Source: an uncultured virus (IMG/VR IMGVR_UViG_3300025124_000003) (taxonomy: Duplodnaviria; Heunggongvirae; Uroviricota; Caudoviricetes). Taken from it: a DNA stretch of 61,530 nt. How positions within the stretch are numbered: the first letter of the stretch is position 1; the number at the start of each line of letters is the position of its first letter. The position numbers and the translations under genes were made by a program. The notes under the pieces are model-generated. The model worked only from the letters and a program-made list of their open reading frames with translations. It did not search any database and was not told the origin of the DNA. This document shows, one piece after another, positions 1-10,344 of the stretch. The stretch lies in IMG/VR virus record IMGVR_UViG_3300025124_000003. One strand, given 5' to 3'.

Positions 1-2086
1 TTGAATTGTATTCACCCACTTGTGTCTCTTCATAAGCACTATCATTAACATATGTCTCTACGTGTTTTGATAATGCCAGGATTGTATCAGAAATTAACTC
101 CTGCTCATAAGCAGTTTTCCAATCCCCACCAACAACCTTGTCCACAAATGCACCCAACTTAATGAAAACGGAGTCCGTATCAATATATGATACCATGTCT
201 TCTATGATGTTGAAATCTGTATCAACTTCTCCTAATCTGTTCAGAAGTTCAAGGGTTTCCTCGTTCTTCCAGACACCATCATGGAACCAACGGTTGACGT
301 AATTTTGTCCTGTAATGATTGCTCTACGTCCACAAGAACAAATCGCCTCTGCGGTATGAATATTAAAGAACCTTGAATAAGGAACACCTGTAACACCATA
401 TGCTGAATTGATGACAATCTTTAACGCCCATTGTAATGCATGATATTTATTCGCCTGAATATTGTATTCTTTAATTTTGTCTTCATTCCTCGCTCTTGTT
501 GCTTTACCTTTGAACTCTTTTTTGAGTTTATTGATCTCCTGTCTTTTTGCATAAGTCTGTTGGACAACCTGAGCATATGATCCCTTTTTATTTTGTAAAT
601 ACATAGATCCTGACGGCGCAACTGCTAATAGCCCCGCTTTTAATGCTCGGTTGAATTTATCTAATTTGTCACCTTTCATTAAAACAACGTCTTCACCCCT
701 CAATAGTTTGAATGTTGGAAACTCACGATTCTTAACAAAATCACATATTGGGGCTTCTGCCCGCGCAACATCCACAATATCCATGTCACCACGTCCTGTA
801 ACAGTATCAATCCATCTTCCGTGTATGTCTTTATATCCGATACAACGCCCATAATAGGTCTCTGATGACATATTAAGGGTGATGATAGCTGTAGGGTAGG
901 ATGATGCAATATCGAGGTCTATAATCCAGTCATACTGACCTTTTTGAGGTTCTTTGACGAAAGCCGCAGGGAACCATTCTTGGTGTCCACCTTCCATTCT
1001 AGGCGCACAAAGGTTATTACGTCTAAAGTGCGTTAACATCAAACCTTCAACCAAATGGGTCGATGCGGTATAGTGTTCCATTTTACAACGACATAATAGA
1101 GCAAGTGATTGTGCAAGCAAAATATACCCTAATTTATCTTCAAGCTCCATAATTCTCTGGTTATCAATAATGTTGTACTCGACATACAAATTCCAGTTAG
1201 CATTATATAGAGTACGAAGATCGGTGTATTCTGAATAATCCAATTTACCCAATCCTAATTCTTCACGTGCGATTGTATCAAGTTTATAGTTCTCTGGGTT
1301 CTTGGTTGTATACCATTTGTATAACGCAAAATAATCAAGAACAGATACACCTGCAATATCAACATACATAGCACCAGATTTATTATCATCCCAACAACGA
1401 ACGATGCCAATCGGTGACAGTTTTTTATATACATCTGCTTTCGTGCCAAAGAGATTCTTTGATCGATTGACAAGATATGGAAGGTCAAACCCTCCCCTCT
1501 CATTAGTTTTGTTATGCGGTGATATATTCCAGCCCGTAACAACATCAGGAGCGTTACGATACCACCAATCAAAGAACTGTGTTAATAGGTCATGTTCATT
1601 TTTACAATGAACAAAATCAACATCATATTCACCAGTGTATGGTTTCGTTCCCCAAGACTTGTTAATACCACCCTCTCCAAACTCTCTGACATTAATCAAT
1701 GGAATTGGATACGCTGCTTGATCGGGTTTAGGAAACCCCTTTTCGGTATGAACCTCAATATCTAATGAGTATATCTTAAGTTTCGGAGGATCAATAGCAT
1801 CATCAGGGATATTGTGATACCACTCGGATAAGAATTGGATTTCTTTTGGGCTTTCATTTTCATATACATTGGATATGTTATTTTTCTGGTAGTCTACATA
1901 CTCACTGTATGATTTGAATTCGACCTTTCTTACAGGAATTCCCTCAACAGTTTCAATATGTCCGTGATCGTCAGGCTCGAAGACATACGGAACCCAATCT
2001 ATTATACGATAGTCATTGGTTCCTGTTGTTTGTTCCCAAAGATATACACGACTACGTTTTGTGTCATAGTGAATATTACGAAAAAT
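1..2086 (-). CDS. gp43: Family B DNA polymerase (T4 gp43-like); C-terminus runs off the window
   Basis: Manual translation (not in ORF track): ExoI YSLDIEVH, ExoII GWN..FDLPY, DLDIASSYP, KIVINSAYG, YIDTDS. Apparent ATT start at 2086 after GGAAGG. Confidence 0.95.
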   Translation of the reverse strand, partial: MFRNIHYDTKRSRVYLWEQTTGTNDYRIIDWVPYVFEPDDHGHIETVEGIPVRKVEFKSYSEYVDYQKNNISNVYENESPKEIQFLSEWYHNIPDDAIDPPKLKIYSLDIEVHTEKGFPKPDQAAYPIPLINVREFGEGGINKSWGTKPYTGEYDVDFVHCKNEHDLLTQFFDWWYRNAPDVVTGWNISPHNKTNERGGFDLPYLVNRSKNLFGTKADVYKKLSPIGIVRCWDDNKSGAMYVDIAGVSVLDYFALYKWYTTKNPENYKLDTIAREELGLGKLDYSEYTDLRTLYNANWNLYVEYNIIDNQRIMELEDKLGYILLAQSLALLCRCKMEHYTASTHLVEGLMLTHFRRNNLCAPRMEGGHQEWFPAAFVKEPQKGQYDWIIDLDIASSYPTAIITLNMSSETYYGRCIGYKDIHGRWIDTVTGRGDMDIVDVARAEAPICDFVKNREFPTFKLLRGEDVVLMKGDKLDKFNRALKAGLLAVAPSGSMYLQNKKGSYAQVVQQTYAKRQEINKLKKEFKGKATRARNEDKIKEYNIQANKYHALQWALKIVINSAYGVTGVPYSRFFNIHTAEAICSCGRRAIITGQNYVNRWFHDGVWKNEETLELLNRLGEVDTDFNIIEDMVSYIDTDSVFIKLGAFVDKVVGGDWKTAYEQELISDTILALSKHVETYVNDSAYEETQVGEYNS

Positions 2087-2184
2087 AATACACCTTCCCT
2101 ATATCTATAAAATTTTATACCACCCATGTTACCATAGGGGGATATCATGTAAATTTCGATTTATTTACATACACGCACAAACTA

Positions 2185-3147
2185 TTAATTTCCCCTTTTT
2201 TTGGGGTAATCATAGACCTTTGTTTTCTCCATAAAGATAGTCTTAAGCATTTTATCTTCTTTTTTTGTCTTTCCTTTGATATATATGTACTTATGTTTAG
2301 GAGGAAATGTAAAATATTTTGCTTCTGATTGCATTTTCTTGGATTGCTGTCTTAATTGTTGTTCTATTTCTTTAGGCATATTATGCCACAGTATTGATTG
2401 ATCATTGTTCCAGTTTTTCTGCCATTCAATCCCCAATTGTTTAGCATACTGCTTATATGCGCTCCTTGCCCTAAAAAATCGGTCAGATACGAGCCTGCCA
2501 GTGAAAGGATTCACATATCTTTTTGTGGTACCAGATTTTTGTCCTATGTAATAGAAATTACATGCTTGATAAATCGTTCCGAGTTCTTTAGCTGTTGGAT
2601 CGGAGTATGCCGAAAATACACGGTATCTGGTATTAGCAACCATCCAATTAATACACCACATCAACATAGAGGATGCTAAGTTTTTGGGACTCCATGAAAT
2701 ACAGGCACCCCTGCTTATCAGTCTCTCAAGGTTTTTTGTGTTTTCACCAACAACATTAGAAAACGCATTAGGCATATTCATCAATACGACACCTGATAGA
2801 ATGTCGTTATAATATGCACCAAACCAATGCGTGGTGAATTGTGATAGATTCCCTAACCACTCATGTCTTTTTATAAACTCAATTAATTTTTGTCGTTCTT
2901 TTTTATCCTCAACAAAGCGAAATTCAAAATCTGATACTCGTAAGTTATCTGTAATCTCCTTGGTTAATCCGACATCAATTAAGTCTTGTTCCATATTTTT
3001 AAGTCTTATATCATACTGCCAGCAATGATTTTTTTCGTAATCGTCCATTCGCTTGAGAATATTAACATGCTCATCCTTTGGAACAATAGACACTTTCTCG
3101 ATTTCTGGTTCAGGTTGATCGAACACGTCTTCCCATAAACTTGTCAT
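2185..3147 (-). CDS. Mom-like (GNAT-fold) DNA adenine modification enzyme
   Basis: FIKRHEWLG, LISRGAC..PKNLAS and AYSDP...GTIYQACNFYYIG resemble the phage Mu Mom family. Confidence 0.75.
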   Translation of the reverse strand: MTSLWEDVFDQPEPEIEKVSIVPKDEHVNILKRMDDYEKNHCWQYDIRLKNMEQDLIDVGLTKEITDNLRVSDFEFRFVEDKKERQKLIEFIKRHEWLGNLSQFTTHWFGAYYNDILSGVVLMNMPNAFSNVVGENTKNLERLISRGACISWSPKNLASSMLMWCINWMVANTRYRVFSAYSDPTAKELGTIYQACNFYYIGQKSGTTKRYVNPFTGRLVSDRFFRARSAYKQYAKQLGIEWQKNWNNDQSILWHNMPKEIEQQLRQQSKKMQSEAKYFTFPPKHKYIYIKGKTKKEDKMLKTIFMEKTKVYDYPKKRGN

Positions 3148-3680
3148 TAAATAACGTCCAACATTACATTATGATTTTTCCAAAGAGATTCAATCAATTC
3201 TTTCTCACGCTCACCGTTAAGGGAGTTTTTAATACGCTCATCGGCGGAGGTATCCACGTATAAAACACATGTAAAATCATAATTTGTGTTGTATACCACG
3301 GATTGACCAATACATTCACGGACTGATTGACCTGAATGACCTTTTTTGATTTCAACTGCGATACGAATATCATCAAAATCTATAGTGAAGTCTGGGCGAT
3401 GTTGTACCCCCATGAACATAAAGTTTTTGACTGTTGTATTCGGATCTTCCTCACTTGCAAATCTCACACGTGCCTCTGATACAGCACGGTCATGGTTATA
3501 ACCCTTATATTCCTCGAACAGTTTTGCAACAGTTCTATTCAAAGGTACTGCCATACGGTTTTGTAGTTCTGATTCGGTCTTTTGTTTGTATTTTACACGG
3601 TCAAAAACCTCATCATGTTTTAGTGATTCCATAATCCCATCAAGAATTGCTTTACGTCTGGCTGTTTTTTTCGCGTTCAT
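3147..3680 (-). CDS. PD-(D/E)XK restriction-endonuclease-like nuclease
   Basis: RPDF...AVEIK plus GQSVVY (QxxxY) motif; stop overlaps the Mom-like start. Confidence 0.7.
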   Translation of the reverse strand: MNAKKTARRKAILDGIMESLKHDEVFDRVKYKQKTESELQNRMAVPLNRTVAKLFEEYKGYNHDRAVSEARVRFASEEDPNTTVKNFMFMGVQHRPDFTIDFDDIRIAVEIKKGHSGQSVRECIGQSVVYNTNYDFTCVLYVDTSADERIKNSLNGEREKELIESLWKNHNVMLDVI

Positions 3681-3696
3681 TTTATAGTCCTTTTTA

Positions 3697-4581
3697 TTAG
3701 ATTTCTACTACCTTACAAGGGTCAAATTGATCATTTTCAGCACAAAGATAAGTATTATATTCTGATCCCTTTGATAAAAGTTCATCATTTTCGTAATGTT
3801 CCCTGAGTGCGTCCTTCGGTGATATAAACTTCTCTGGGTAACCTTGCGGATTGCATACAATACGAGTATACCCTTTATCATCAGAGGGTTCATCGGGTTT
3901 ACTCCAATTACCCCCAACTTTATAATCAAAAGAATCATGGGTATGACCATGAATCCACAGTTCAGGGCGGTATTCTTGAATAAGGTCTTCCCATGCGTTA
4001 TAAAAACACACATTCAATGCTGAACCTTGAAATTTAGAGCTAATACTACCCCTGTGAGGAAAGTGGTGAGTGACTATAACCCTTTTCATGTCAGGGAAAG
4101 TATCTCTATAGAAGTATAATTTACTGTCAATGAATGTTTTTGATTTCTGACCCCACCACACACCATCACCGTTATCCATAAGATCATATATCATACGGAA
4201 GTCGTTTAATCCATACTTTACGGTCATACCAAGAGTACCACCTGAACCATCCCACCATCCGGTAGTACCAACGAAGATGATGCCACCAATAACAATATCA
4301 CGTTCGATTAAAATGTTTAAATTACCACCGCTTACAGACATTAACTCAGGATCAAGTGTTTTTCTTGAGGTTCCATAAAATTCGTGGTTACCAGCAACAA
4401 ATATGATCTGTTTATGGCTACAATCCTTTTTGATTTTTTTGAGAACCGATATAATTGAATTGGATGATGCAATATCCCCTGCCAATACTAATACATCAGC
4501 AGGGGTATCAACCATCTTGTCATAATTTTTCTGAATTAATCCAAATTCTGCATGGATATCGCTAACTACCTGAATTTTCAT
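3697..4581 (-). CDS. Calcineurin-like metallophosphoesterase
   Basis: SDIH, LAGDI, GNHE, THH, HGHTH motifs. Confidence 0.9.
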   Translation of the reverse strand: MKIQVVSDIHAEFGLIQKNYDKMVDTPADVLVLAGDIASSNSIISVLKKIKKDCSHKQIIFVAGNHEFYGTSRKTLDPELMSVSGGNLNILIERDIVIGGIIFVGTTGWWDGSGGTLGMTVKYGLNDFRMIYDLMDNGDGVWWGQKSKTFIDSKLYFYRDTFPDMKRVIVTHHFPHRGSISSKFQGSALNVCFYNAWEDLIQEYRPELWIHGHTHDSFDYKVGGNWSKPDEPSDDKGYTRIVCNPQGYPEKFISPKDALREHYENDELLSKGSEYNTYLCAENDQFDPCKVVEI

Positions 4582-4867
4582 ACAATTTCCTTATCTGTTT
4601 AATACCCGCTTCCATCTTCTGACGGGCAGAGGGGTTTGCGGAGTGAATCATAATGATAGGCGGCTTGAAGTCGTTCAACACAACATTTTCTTCAATCCAT
4701 AGAATAACATCATAACCCGTACCTATCAATTCATCGTCACCCAAATCATGGTCTAAACTTAAATGTGTAACTAAACCCATTTCAAGGATGCCGATGGTCT
4801 GAGTCGGGTCATAGGTACGAAACCACCCATCTGGGGTAACTCTTTCATCATCAAGAAATACTTTCAT
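4562..4867 (-). CDS. Cyclic-phosphate-processing receiver-like domain protein
   Basis: FLDDER, SLDHDLG, TGYD, IHSANP pattern. Confidence 0.75.
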   Translation of the reverse strand: MKVFLDDERVTPDGWFRTYDPTQTIGILEMGLVTHLSLDHDLGDDELIGTGYDVILWIEENVVLNDFKPPIIMIHSANPSARQKMEAGIKQIRKLYENSGS

Positions 4868-5080
4868 AATATTCCATTTCCTTTAATTGAGAAGGTGAGC
4901 GACCAGACTCTTATGCTGATAAAAGTCAACAAACTTGCCATAGAAAATCTTTGCTGATCTACCGTCTCGTTTTACTACAAGTTTAGAATTAGGATCAAGT
5001 TTTTGCGCTTCAACTAATTTTTCTTTATAAAAATTTAAAAATATTATGAACTCCTATTCGCTAGAGACAAATAGACTATA

Positions 5081-5641
5081 TCACAGATGTTTGAAGACTT
5101 CAAGACTTTTTTTCACCATATAATACCCTTCCCCCCACTCTTTTAAATAACTAGGGCTTACGGATAAAACACATGGCACAATAACACCTTCTATTTTTGG
5201 TTTGATTGTGGTCGCATTCAACTCAACAATACCAGAAAACTGATTCGTTACATGCTCCATTGCCACATTACCCATGATTAACATCTTAGGTTTATCCAAG
5301 GCATGTACAAACTCATTTAGCCAAAGTTTACATTTTTCTCGGTGAATTTTTGCGGGTGGCGACGTATGTATTTTTCCTCCACGTTTTGTTGGTTTTGTCA
5401 TACACTGAGTTGTATATATAACAATAAATTCTTGTTTAGATAATCCAACTTCTTTGAATAATTTCCATAATTTATCCATGTAATCATGTGCATCATGTCG
5501 GATAAAATCCAGTAGGAATATATTTTTTGCATACTCCCCGATATATGGTAACGTTTTATCGTTATCACATAAGGGACATTTTCTACACTGATGTATTTTT
5601 TCTGTTATATGACGCAATTTCTCCGTCATCAATCCCACCAA
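5081..5641 (-). CDS. Uracil-DNA glycosylase family 4-like protein (degenerate)
   Basis: N-terminal CxxCxLC, later Cys and MGNVA; catalytic GEAPG/HP motifs are degenerate. Confidence 0.6.
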   Translation of the reverse strand: MVGLMTEKLRHITEKIHQCRKCPLCDNDKTLPYIGEYAKNIFLLDFIRHDAHDYMDKLWKLFKEVGLSKQEFIVIYTTQCMTKPTKRGGKIHTSPPAKIHREKCKLWLNEFVHALDKPKMLIMGNVAMEHVTNQFSGIVELNATTIKPKIEGVIVPCVLSVSPSYLKEWGEGYYMVKKSLEVFKHL

Positions 5642-6261
5642 CTAAACAAGTACTTATTGATTATCTTTGTTACATATTCAAGGTCTTGTTTTTTCATGTA
5701 ATCACTGTGCATAATCAGTCTACGGCTAGCCTTAATTTCGTATTTCTCGTCGCTTTCGGTTTTGACATTCTCCCTTTCAGACAACATCTGACTACATTCA
5801 GTTCCATCATTTAATTTTTTCCATGAAATATTTAAGTTACCCCACTTTTTATTGTGATCCCTGAAAGCATTCTCATGATATTCGTCAGCCTGAATTCTCT
5901 TGAGGATCAACACGGCAAGGTGGATATTGTCGGCGTCACGAACATTGTATAGATGGTTACCGTGATTACGGATGAGGTTTTCCATTCTCTCAAGTTTTTT
6001 GATGTTCATACTGACCCAATAGTGATAATCCCAATCACGATCATTCCAGATCAAATAGAAATAACTAATGAGATTTCCTACACCATATTTGACCTTATAC
6101 CATGCAGTGCGTGGATTCCACCACCCCCATTTAAATTTGCGATAACAGTAGTAATATACATTTTCGAAGAAAGTTCCTTCAATCAAGTCCTCAAATTTTT
6201 CAACAACATTATCCACAGATTTGCTTAACTTCGTCATCTTCATTTTGTTTTTCCCTTTCAA
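5629..6261 (-). CDS. Hypothetical phage protein
   Basis: 210-aa ORF in operon orientation. Confidence 0.6.
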   Translation of the reverse strand: MKGKNKMKMTKLSKSVDNVVEKFEDLIEGTFFENVYYYCYRKFKWGWWNPRTAWYKVKYGVGNLISYFYLIWNDRDWDYHYWVSMNIKKLERMENLIRNHGNHLYNVRDADNIHLAVLILKRIQADEYHENAFRDHNKKWGNLNISWKKLNDGTECSQMLSERENVKTESDEKYEIKASRRLIMHSDYMKKQDLEYVTKIINKYLFSWWD

Positions 6262-6436
6262 GGCATATTTGATATTGAGAAAATCCTATGACTCTCCAAC
6301 CATCTTCGGCTAATTCGTTTAATATTAACTCACATCCCCCAAAATTAGGGGGGTTTTCCACAACTTTATACTCTATCATTCTTTATATCCACTCCTTTAA
6401 TGAGTTTTTAATCAATGTTTAATTCATGAAATGTCA

Positions 6437-6793
6437 TTATGGTTCTTTTATAGAAAAAGGTACTTTCAGTGTTTTATCGAGTATTTCCTCAAAAATAGCA
6501 GATCTTGTTATTCCTTGGATTTTATAAACCAAAACTCCATACACAAAAAATAACACAGACGGCAAGACCATTACATTAAATGATCGCTTAAAACTTAGAC
6601 TTTTATCATTGTTCATTTGATAATACTTGATTTCAGTGTCATTGTAAACACTTAAATTGTCGGAAACTTTCTGAAAATGAGGTGCGTAAAATTTACATGG
6701 ACCACACCATGAAGCATAACATTTAACCACTGCAATCCTTTCTTTGTCAAGTATTTCTTTCCATTTTTCGGCATTTAATTCAGTTACCATCAA
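6437..6793 (-). CDS. trxA: Thioredoxin
   Basis: WCGPC active site, LP cis-proline motif. Confidence 0.9.
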   Translation of the reverse strand: MMVTELNAEKWKEILDKERIAVVKCYASWCGPCKFYAPHFQKVSDNLSVYNDTEIKYYQMNNDKSLSFKRSFNVMVLPSVLFFVYGVLVYKIQGITRSAIFEEILDKTLKVPFSIKEP

Positions 6794-7408
6794 TCACTCC
6801 TTATATACTTTTTTATATCATTACATGTGATACATGACCCACAGGTCACCCAATCAAATTTATTATTTTGTTTTGGTGTTCTGCACGACCATGTATAATT
6901 TCTTAACTCCTCGGGCAACATATCCCATATATCCTGCTTGGTCATGTCTATAACAGGATAAAGATATTCAGGTTTTTGTTTGGAAGATTCTCCATAAGAA
7001 GCATGGAATATCTCTCTAGCTCTCTTAATACGACCTGTCATATTCGAGTGATTCATATCATCATCTGTTTTTGTTCTACCCATAACAATATAGTTGTAGC
7101 TTCTTGGTGAGCATCTAGTGATCTGTCCTGCCATAAATGCACATATATCAGAATCCCATATAAAACAATTTGACATAAATTTATATTCATGAACACTTCG
7201 TGTAAACTTAAATTTATATCCTTTGTCAATGAACCATTTTTTTGATATTCATCGTTGCCTGAAATTCTGCACCACTCCTGTTTTCTATATTAGATAGACC
7301 CATAGAATGCACGTGAATATTGTAATCTTTATACTCAGATTGGGTTAACAATGAGTATAAAGCTCCTGTGCTATCCAGTCCACCAGAAAACATACATAAA
7401 ATATTCAT
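6790..7408 (-). CDS. QueC-like PP-loop ATP pyrophosphatase, interrupted by a +1 frameshift in an A7 run at 7237-7243
   Basis: SGGLDS N-terminus (7226-7408) and TWSC...CGSCITC C-terminus (6790-7176) join into one ~205-aa frame if one A is removed. Confidence 0.75.
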
Positions 7409-7849
7409 TTAAAACTCCCAAATTATCATTCTACATCCATCTTGTGTCTTGAAATTTAGACTAGAATCTGGAAACACTGTCGGAAAATAAGTGGCATATT
7501 TCATACCGGGTAATCTTTTCGTAAAAACTCTTGTTACAAACCGTTTACAGTGAGGTCTAACCACATCAACTAACTCCATCCCTGCAAGATTTATAACACC
7601 ATCCCCTATAATTGTACTATAAAGCCCCTGTATATCAAACCAGTCGCCATATTCCCCGCGAATCGGATGAAGATCTATTGTTTTTGCGGCAAACCCCATT
7701 AATGACTTGGTTTCTCCCAACAATAAAACATTACCCCCCGCGATTCCATGACTAGTTAATTCACTATACAGGGAAATCTCATAACTATTCGGTGACAGTG
7801 GCGGTTGTAGATTTTGCCAATGTTCTAAATCTTCTTGAATCTTATACAT
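7409..7849 (-). CDS. Small SAM-methyltransferase-like protein
   Basis: VLLLGET, IDL, GDWF, IIGDG Rossmann-like pattern. Confidence 0.5.
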   Translation of the reverse strand: MYKIQEDLEHWQNLQPPLSPNSYEISLYSELTSHGIAGGNVLLLGETKSLMGFAAKTIDLHPIRGEYGDWFDIQGLYSTIIGDGVINLAGMELVDVVRPHCKRFVTRVFTKRLPGMKYATYFPTVFPDSSLNFKTQDGCRMIIWEF

Positions 7850-8163
7850 ATAAAATAACCTGTTCCTCTTGTGACGTTTGCAGAGTGGGGTACTCCTGCT
7901 GGTATCCAAACTGCAGTTCTACTATTAACTCTTTGATAATCAGACCCTACTAATAGTTCAAATTCCACATCACCTAAAATTATATTCAGTTCATCTTCAC
8001 CTTCATGTTCATGCACATCACAATAAACATCAAAATTATCATTAGCATTTATCTCATGTACTGCTAGATGGATAGGTAATTTGTCTGTTGTATATCGTTT
8101 AATACAATCAGGTATTATATGATTATCTATTAAATTTTCACCAAGTTCTAATGTCTCAATCAT
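7825..8163 (-). CDS. Cupin-domain protein
   Basis: HEH...E and IPAGVPHS cupin motifs. Confidence 0.75.
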   Translation of the reverse strand: MIETLELGENLIDNHIIPDCIKRYTTDKLPIHLAVHEINANDNFDVYCDVHEHEGEDELNIILGDVEFELLVGSDYQRVNSRTAVWIPAGVPHSANVTRGTGYFICIRFKKI

Positions 8164-8677
8164 CTCTCTTATTCCTATGTGGAAATGGTGTATTAGGAAT
8201 ATCTTTCCCAATGAATGGGCAAAGTTTATCCCAACCATCACCATGTTCTATAACATTCATATATAATACATCTTGTGGTCTGCCTTTGAAGTATTCCGCT
8301 ATACCTGAGTAATGTTTTTCTTTTACCTTCAACATATGTTCATCTGTAAACTCAAGTTGACCCCATAAACCCATAGTATAAATATCTCTGTAATAAGGAA
8401 ATCTCCTCTTTTCTTGCTGCGCTCTGTTTGAGGAAATCCATTCTTTTTCGTCTTCTCTGGTTGTAACAATAAATTTTGAATTAGGGAACATAGCACCCCA
8501 TTTTCTGTAATCATACATAAATGGACAATCGCACCCAAAATCTATCTTGACTCGCCCCATTCTCAACATACTAACATTGTTTGGATGGGGATATTGCCAG
8601 CCTTCAAGACCCAACTCCCTCATGGCATGAGATAGTGATGTTAACCCTGTTTTATGTATGCCTATAACAAATATCAT
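8156..8677 (-). CDS. Sulfotransferase-family P-loop protein
   Basis: IGIHKTGLTSL, FPNSKFIVTTR...WISS, GWDKLCPF, FPHRN. Confidence 0.85.
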   Translation of the reverse strand: MIFVIGIHKTGLTSLSHAMRELGLEGWQYPHPNNVSMLRMGRVKIDFGCDCPFMYDYRKWGAMFPNSKFIVTTREDEKEWISSNRAQQEKRRFPYYRDIYTMGLWGQLEFTDEHMLKVKEKHYSGIAEYFKGRPQDVLYMNVIEHGDGWDKLCPFIGKDIPNTPFPHRNKRDD

Positions 8678-10071
8678 TCTCTCCTTCTTCTCCCTTGATG
8701 TTGCTGCGATTCTGGTTGAGGGGATATCATCCTATCATCTCCAGAAATATCTACGTCTTGCATCCATTGTTCCATTTCAGACGAACAATACATTTTCATT
8801 GAACGAGCATCATAATAAAATTTGTCCATTTCACCTACTCTACCCCCAAGACGGTTTTTGACTATTTTATAATGAACCTCGTTGTTGTATACCATATGTT
8901 CGTCATTAGAACCCATAATCATCATAAAATCAGCAGTAGCAGGAACACCCATTGACTCAGCAATGCTATTCATATCAACATCATCAAAATTCATAAAAGT
9001 ACCAGCACGATTTAACTGACTTACTGAAATCATTGGGATATCAAACTCAAATCCCATGGCGCGAGTTTCTTCTGCAATACTTTTAACTGAACTGTAGGTA
9101 TTATCTGATTTACCGACTTCGGTAGATGCCATAAGATTAAGATAGTCAAAGAAAAACCCGTCTAATTGAACACCCCTCATCTTCAATTCACGAACCCATT
9201 TCCTGAAATCATTCACTGACGCTTTACCTGTAGGAAACGCTTTAATATGAAGATCGCCTCGACCCGGTAAATCTTTAATTTCACGCAATCTTCCAACCAA
9301 TCTTTGCTTCAATCTACGGTTGAAATAAAATCTATTTATATCTAATAATGAATAAATACCATCGAATCGTTGAGCAAACATATCCTCGGACATTTCAAGT
9401 GAGGCAAGAGCAATGTTTTTGCCATTTAAAACCTGTCGGGCTATCATATTCGCCATAACATTTGATTTAAATCCGTGGATTTTAGCAACAAACACACTTA
9501 GCGTTTTAGGCGGGAAACCCCCATTAATAAACTCATCAAATACCGGAAAATAGGTCTTAAGTCGTTGGTTTTCATCCGTAAACATTCGTGTTAGTCGTGG
9601 ACCTATATCCCTGAAATAGTTTAGTCCGATATCAATATTTATTGATCGACATAATGCTTCTTCGACCATTTTCCTGATATCGTGAGTATCTCCACGACTA
9701 TCAATGACATCAACCGATTTTCTAATCGCATCCTTAATTGCTTTGTCTTTTAGATATAGATCAGTCTGTGTCATTAACCAATCACGGTTTTGTGGAATAT
9801 TTATGTCAGTGTTATTAGTGTGATTCAGGTATGTTTCAAGAGAACTTCTTGAATCCAAGGGAATACTGTTTATGACAATACTACGAGTAGGAATCTCATT
9901 ATATTCCGCGAAATAGCTTTTTGTGAAAGTGAACAAAGACTTCACATCAGGAGAGTCGAAGTAATTTTCTTCAAAAACATTAGTGATGGTTGCAACAAAG
10001 TCTTTGTCTTCCATCAAAGCTTTAGCTATAACCATTTCGAGATATTGGGGATCTGTTGTTAATTCTGACAA
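8674..10071 (-). CDS. gp41: Replicative DnaB-like helicase (gp41-like)
   Basis: SLEMSE, DYLNL, SQLNR, IAES, KNRLGG; variant Walker A AKIHGFKS; probable TTG start behind GGAG (ORF track extends to 10110). Confidence 0.92.
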   Translation of the reverse strand: MSELTTDPQYLEMVIAKALMEDKDFVATITNVFEENYFDSPDVKSLFTFTKSYFAEYNEIPTRSIVINSIPLDSRSSLETYLNHTNNTDINIPQNRDWLMTQTDLYLKDKAIKDAIRKSVDVIDSRGDTHDIRKMVEEALCRSINIDIGLNYFRDIGPRLTRMFTDENQRLKTYFPVFDEFINGGFPPKTLSVFVAKIHGFKSNVMANMIARQVLNGKNIALASLEMSEDMFAQRFDGIYSLLDINRFYFNRRLKQRLVGRLREIKDLPGRGDLHIKAFPTGKASVNDFRKWVRELKMRGVQLDGFFFDYLNLMASTEVGKSDNTYSSVKSIAEETRAMGFEFDIPMISVSQLNRAGTFMNFDDVDMNSIAESMGVPATADFMMIMGSNDEHMVYNNEVHYKIVKNRLGGRVGEMDKFYYDARSMKMYCSSEMEQWMQDVDISGDDRMISPQPESQQHQGRRRRE

Positions 10072-10344
10072 AGCGTTTACTCCACAGTTTTTTAGCATAC
10101 TATCACACAAAAGCAGCTATGTCATCTTACAGGTTCATAACTTTTATAACCTCTATACCCCAAAAATTTTTCATTTTATTTCACTACTTTATATTTACTA
10201 TTTATACTAAATATGGTACATTGTGTCAATGACAATGGAATAGTTCTTATGGAATTTTTGGAAGTAACCCCGGCTACACTGATCAAATGAAATCTTGATG
10301 TTTACGTCCATTTCAAAAAAAAAATAAAAGGATTTGTTTATTAT

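Noticed and set aside
421..1610. Short ORFs listed in the track at 421-1610
   Set aside because: Shadow frames of the DNA polymerase gene.
7226..7250. Programmed frameshift or phase variation in the QueC-like gene (A7 run)
   Set aside because: Similar single-base disruptions occur in HU and the JAB 5' end, so homopolymer sequencing error is the simpler explanation; needs read-level check.
6790..7408. 7-deazaguanine DNA modification pathway
   Set aside because: No dpdA, folE, queD or queE in the window; only a short QueC-like protein.
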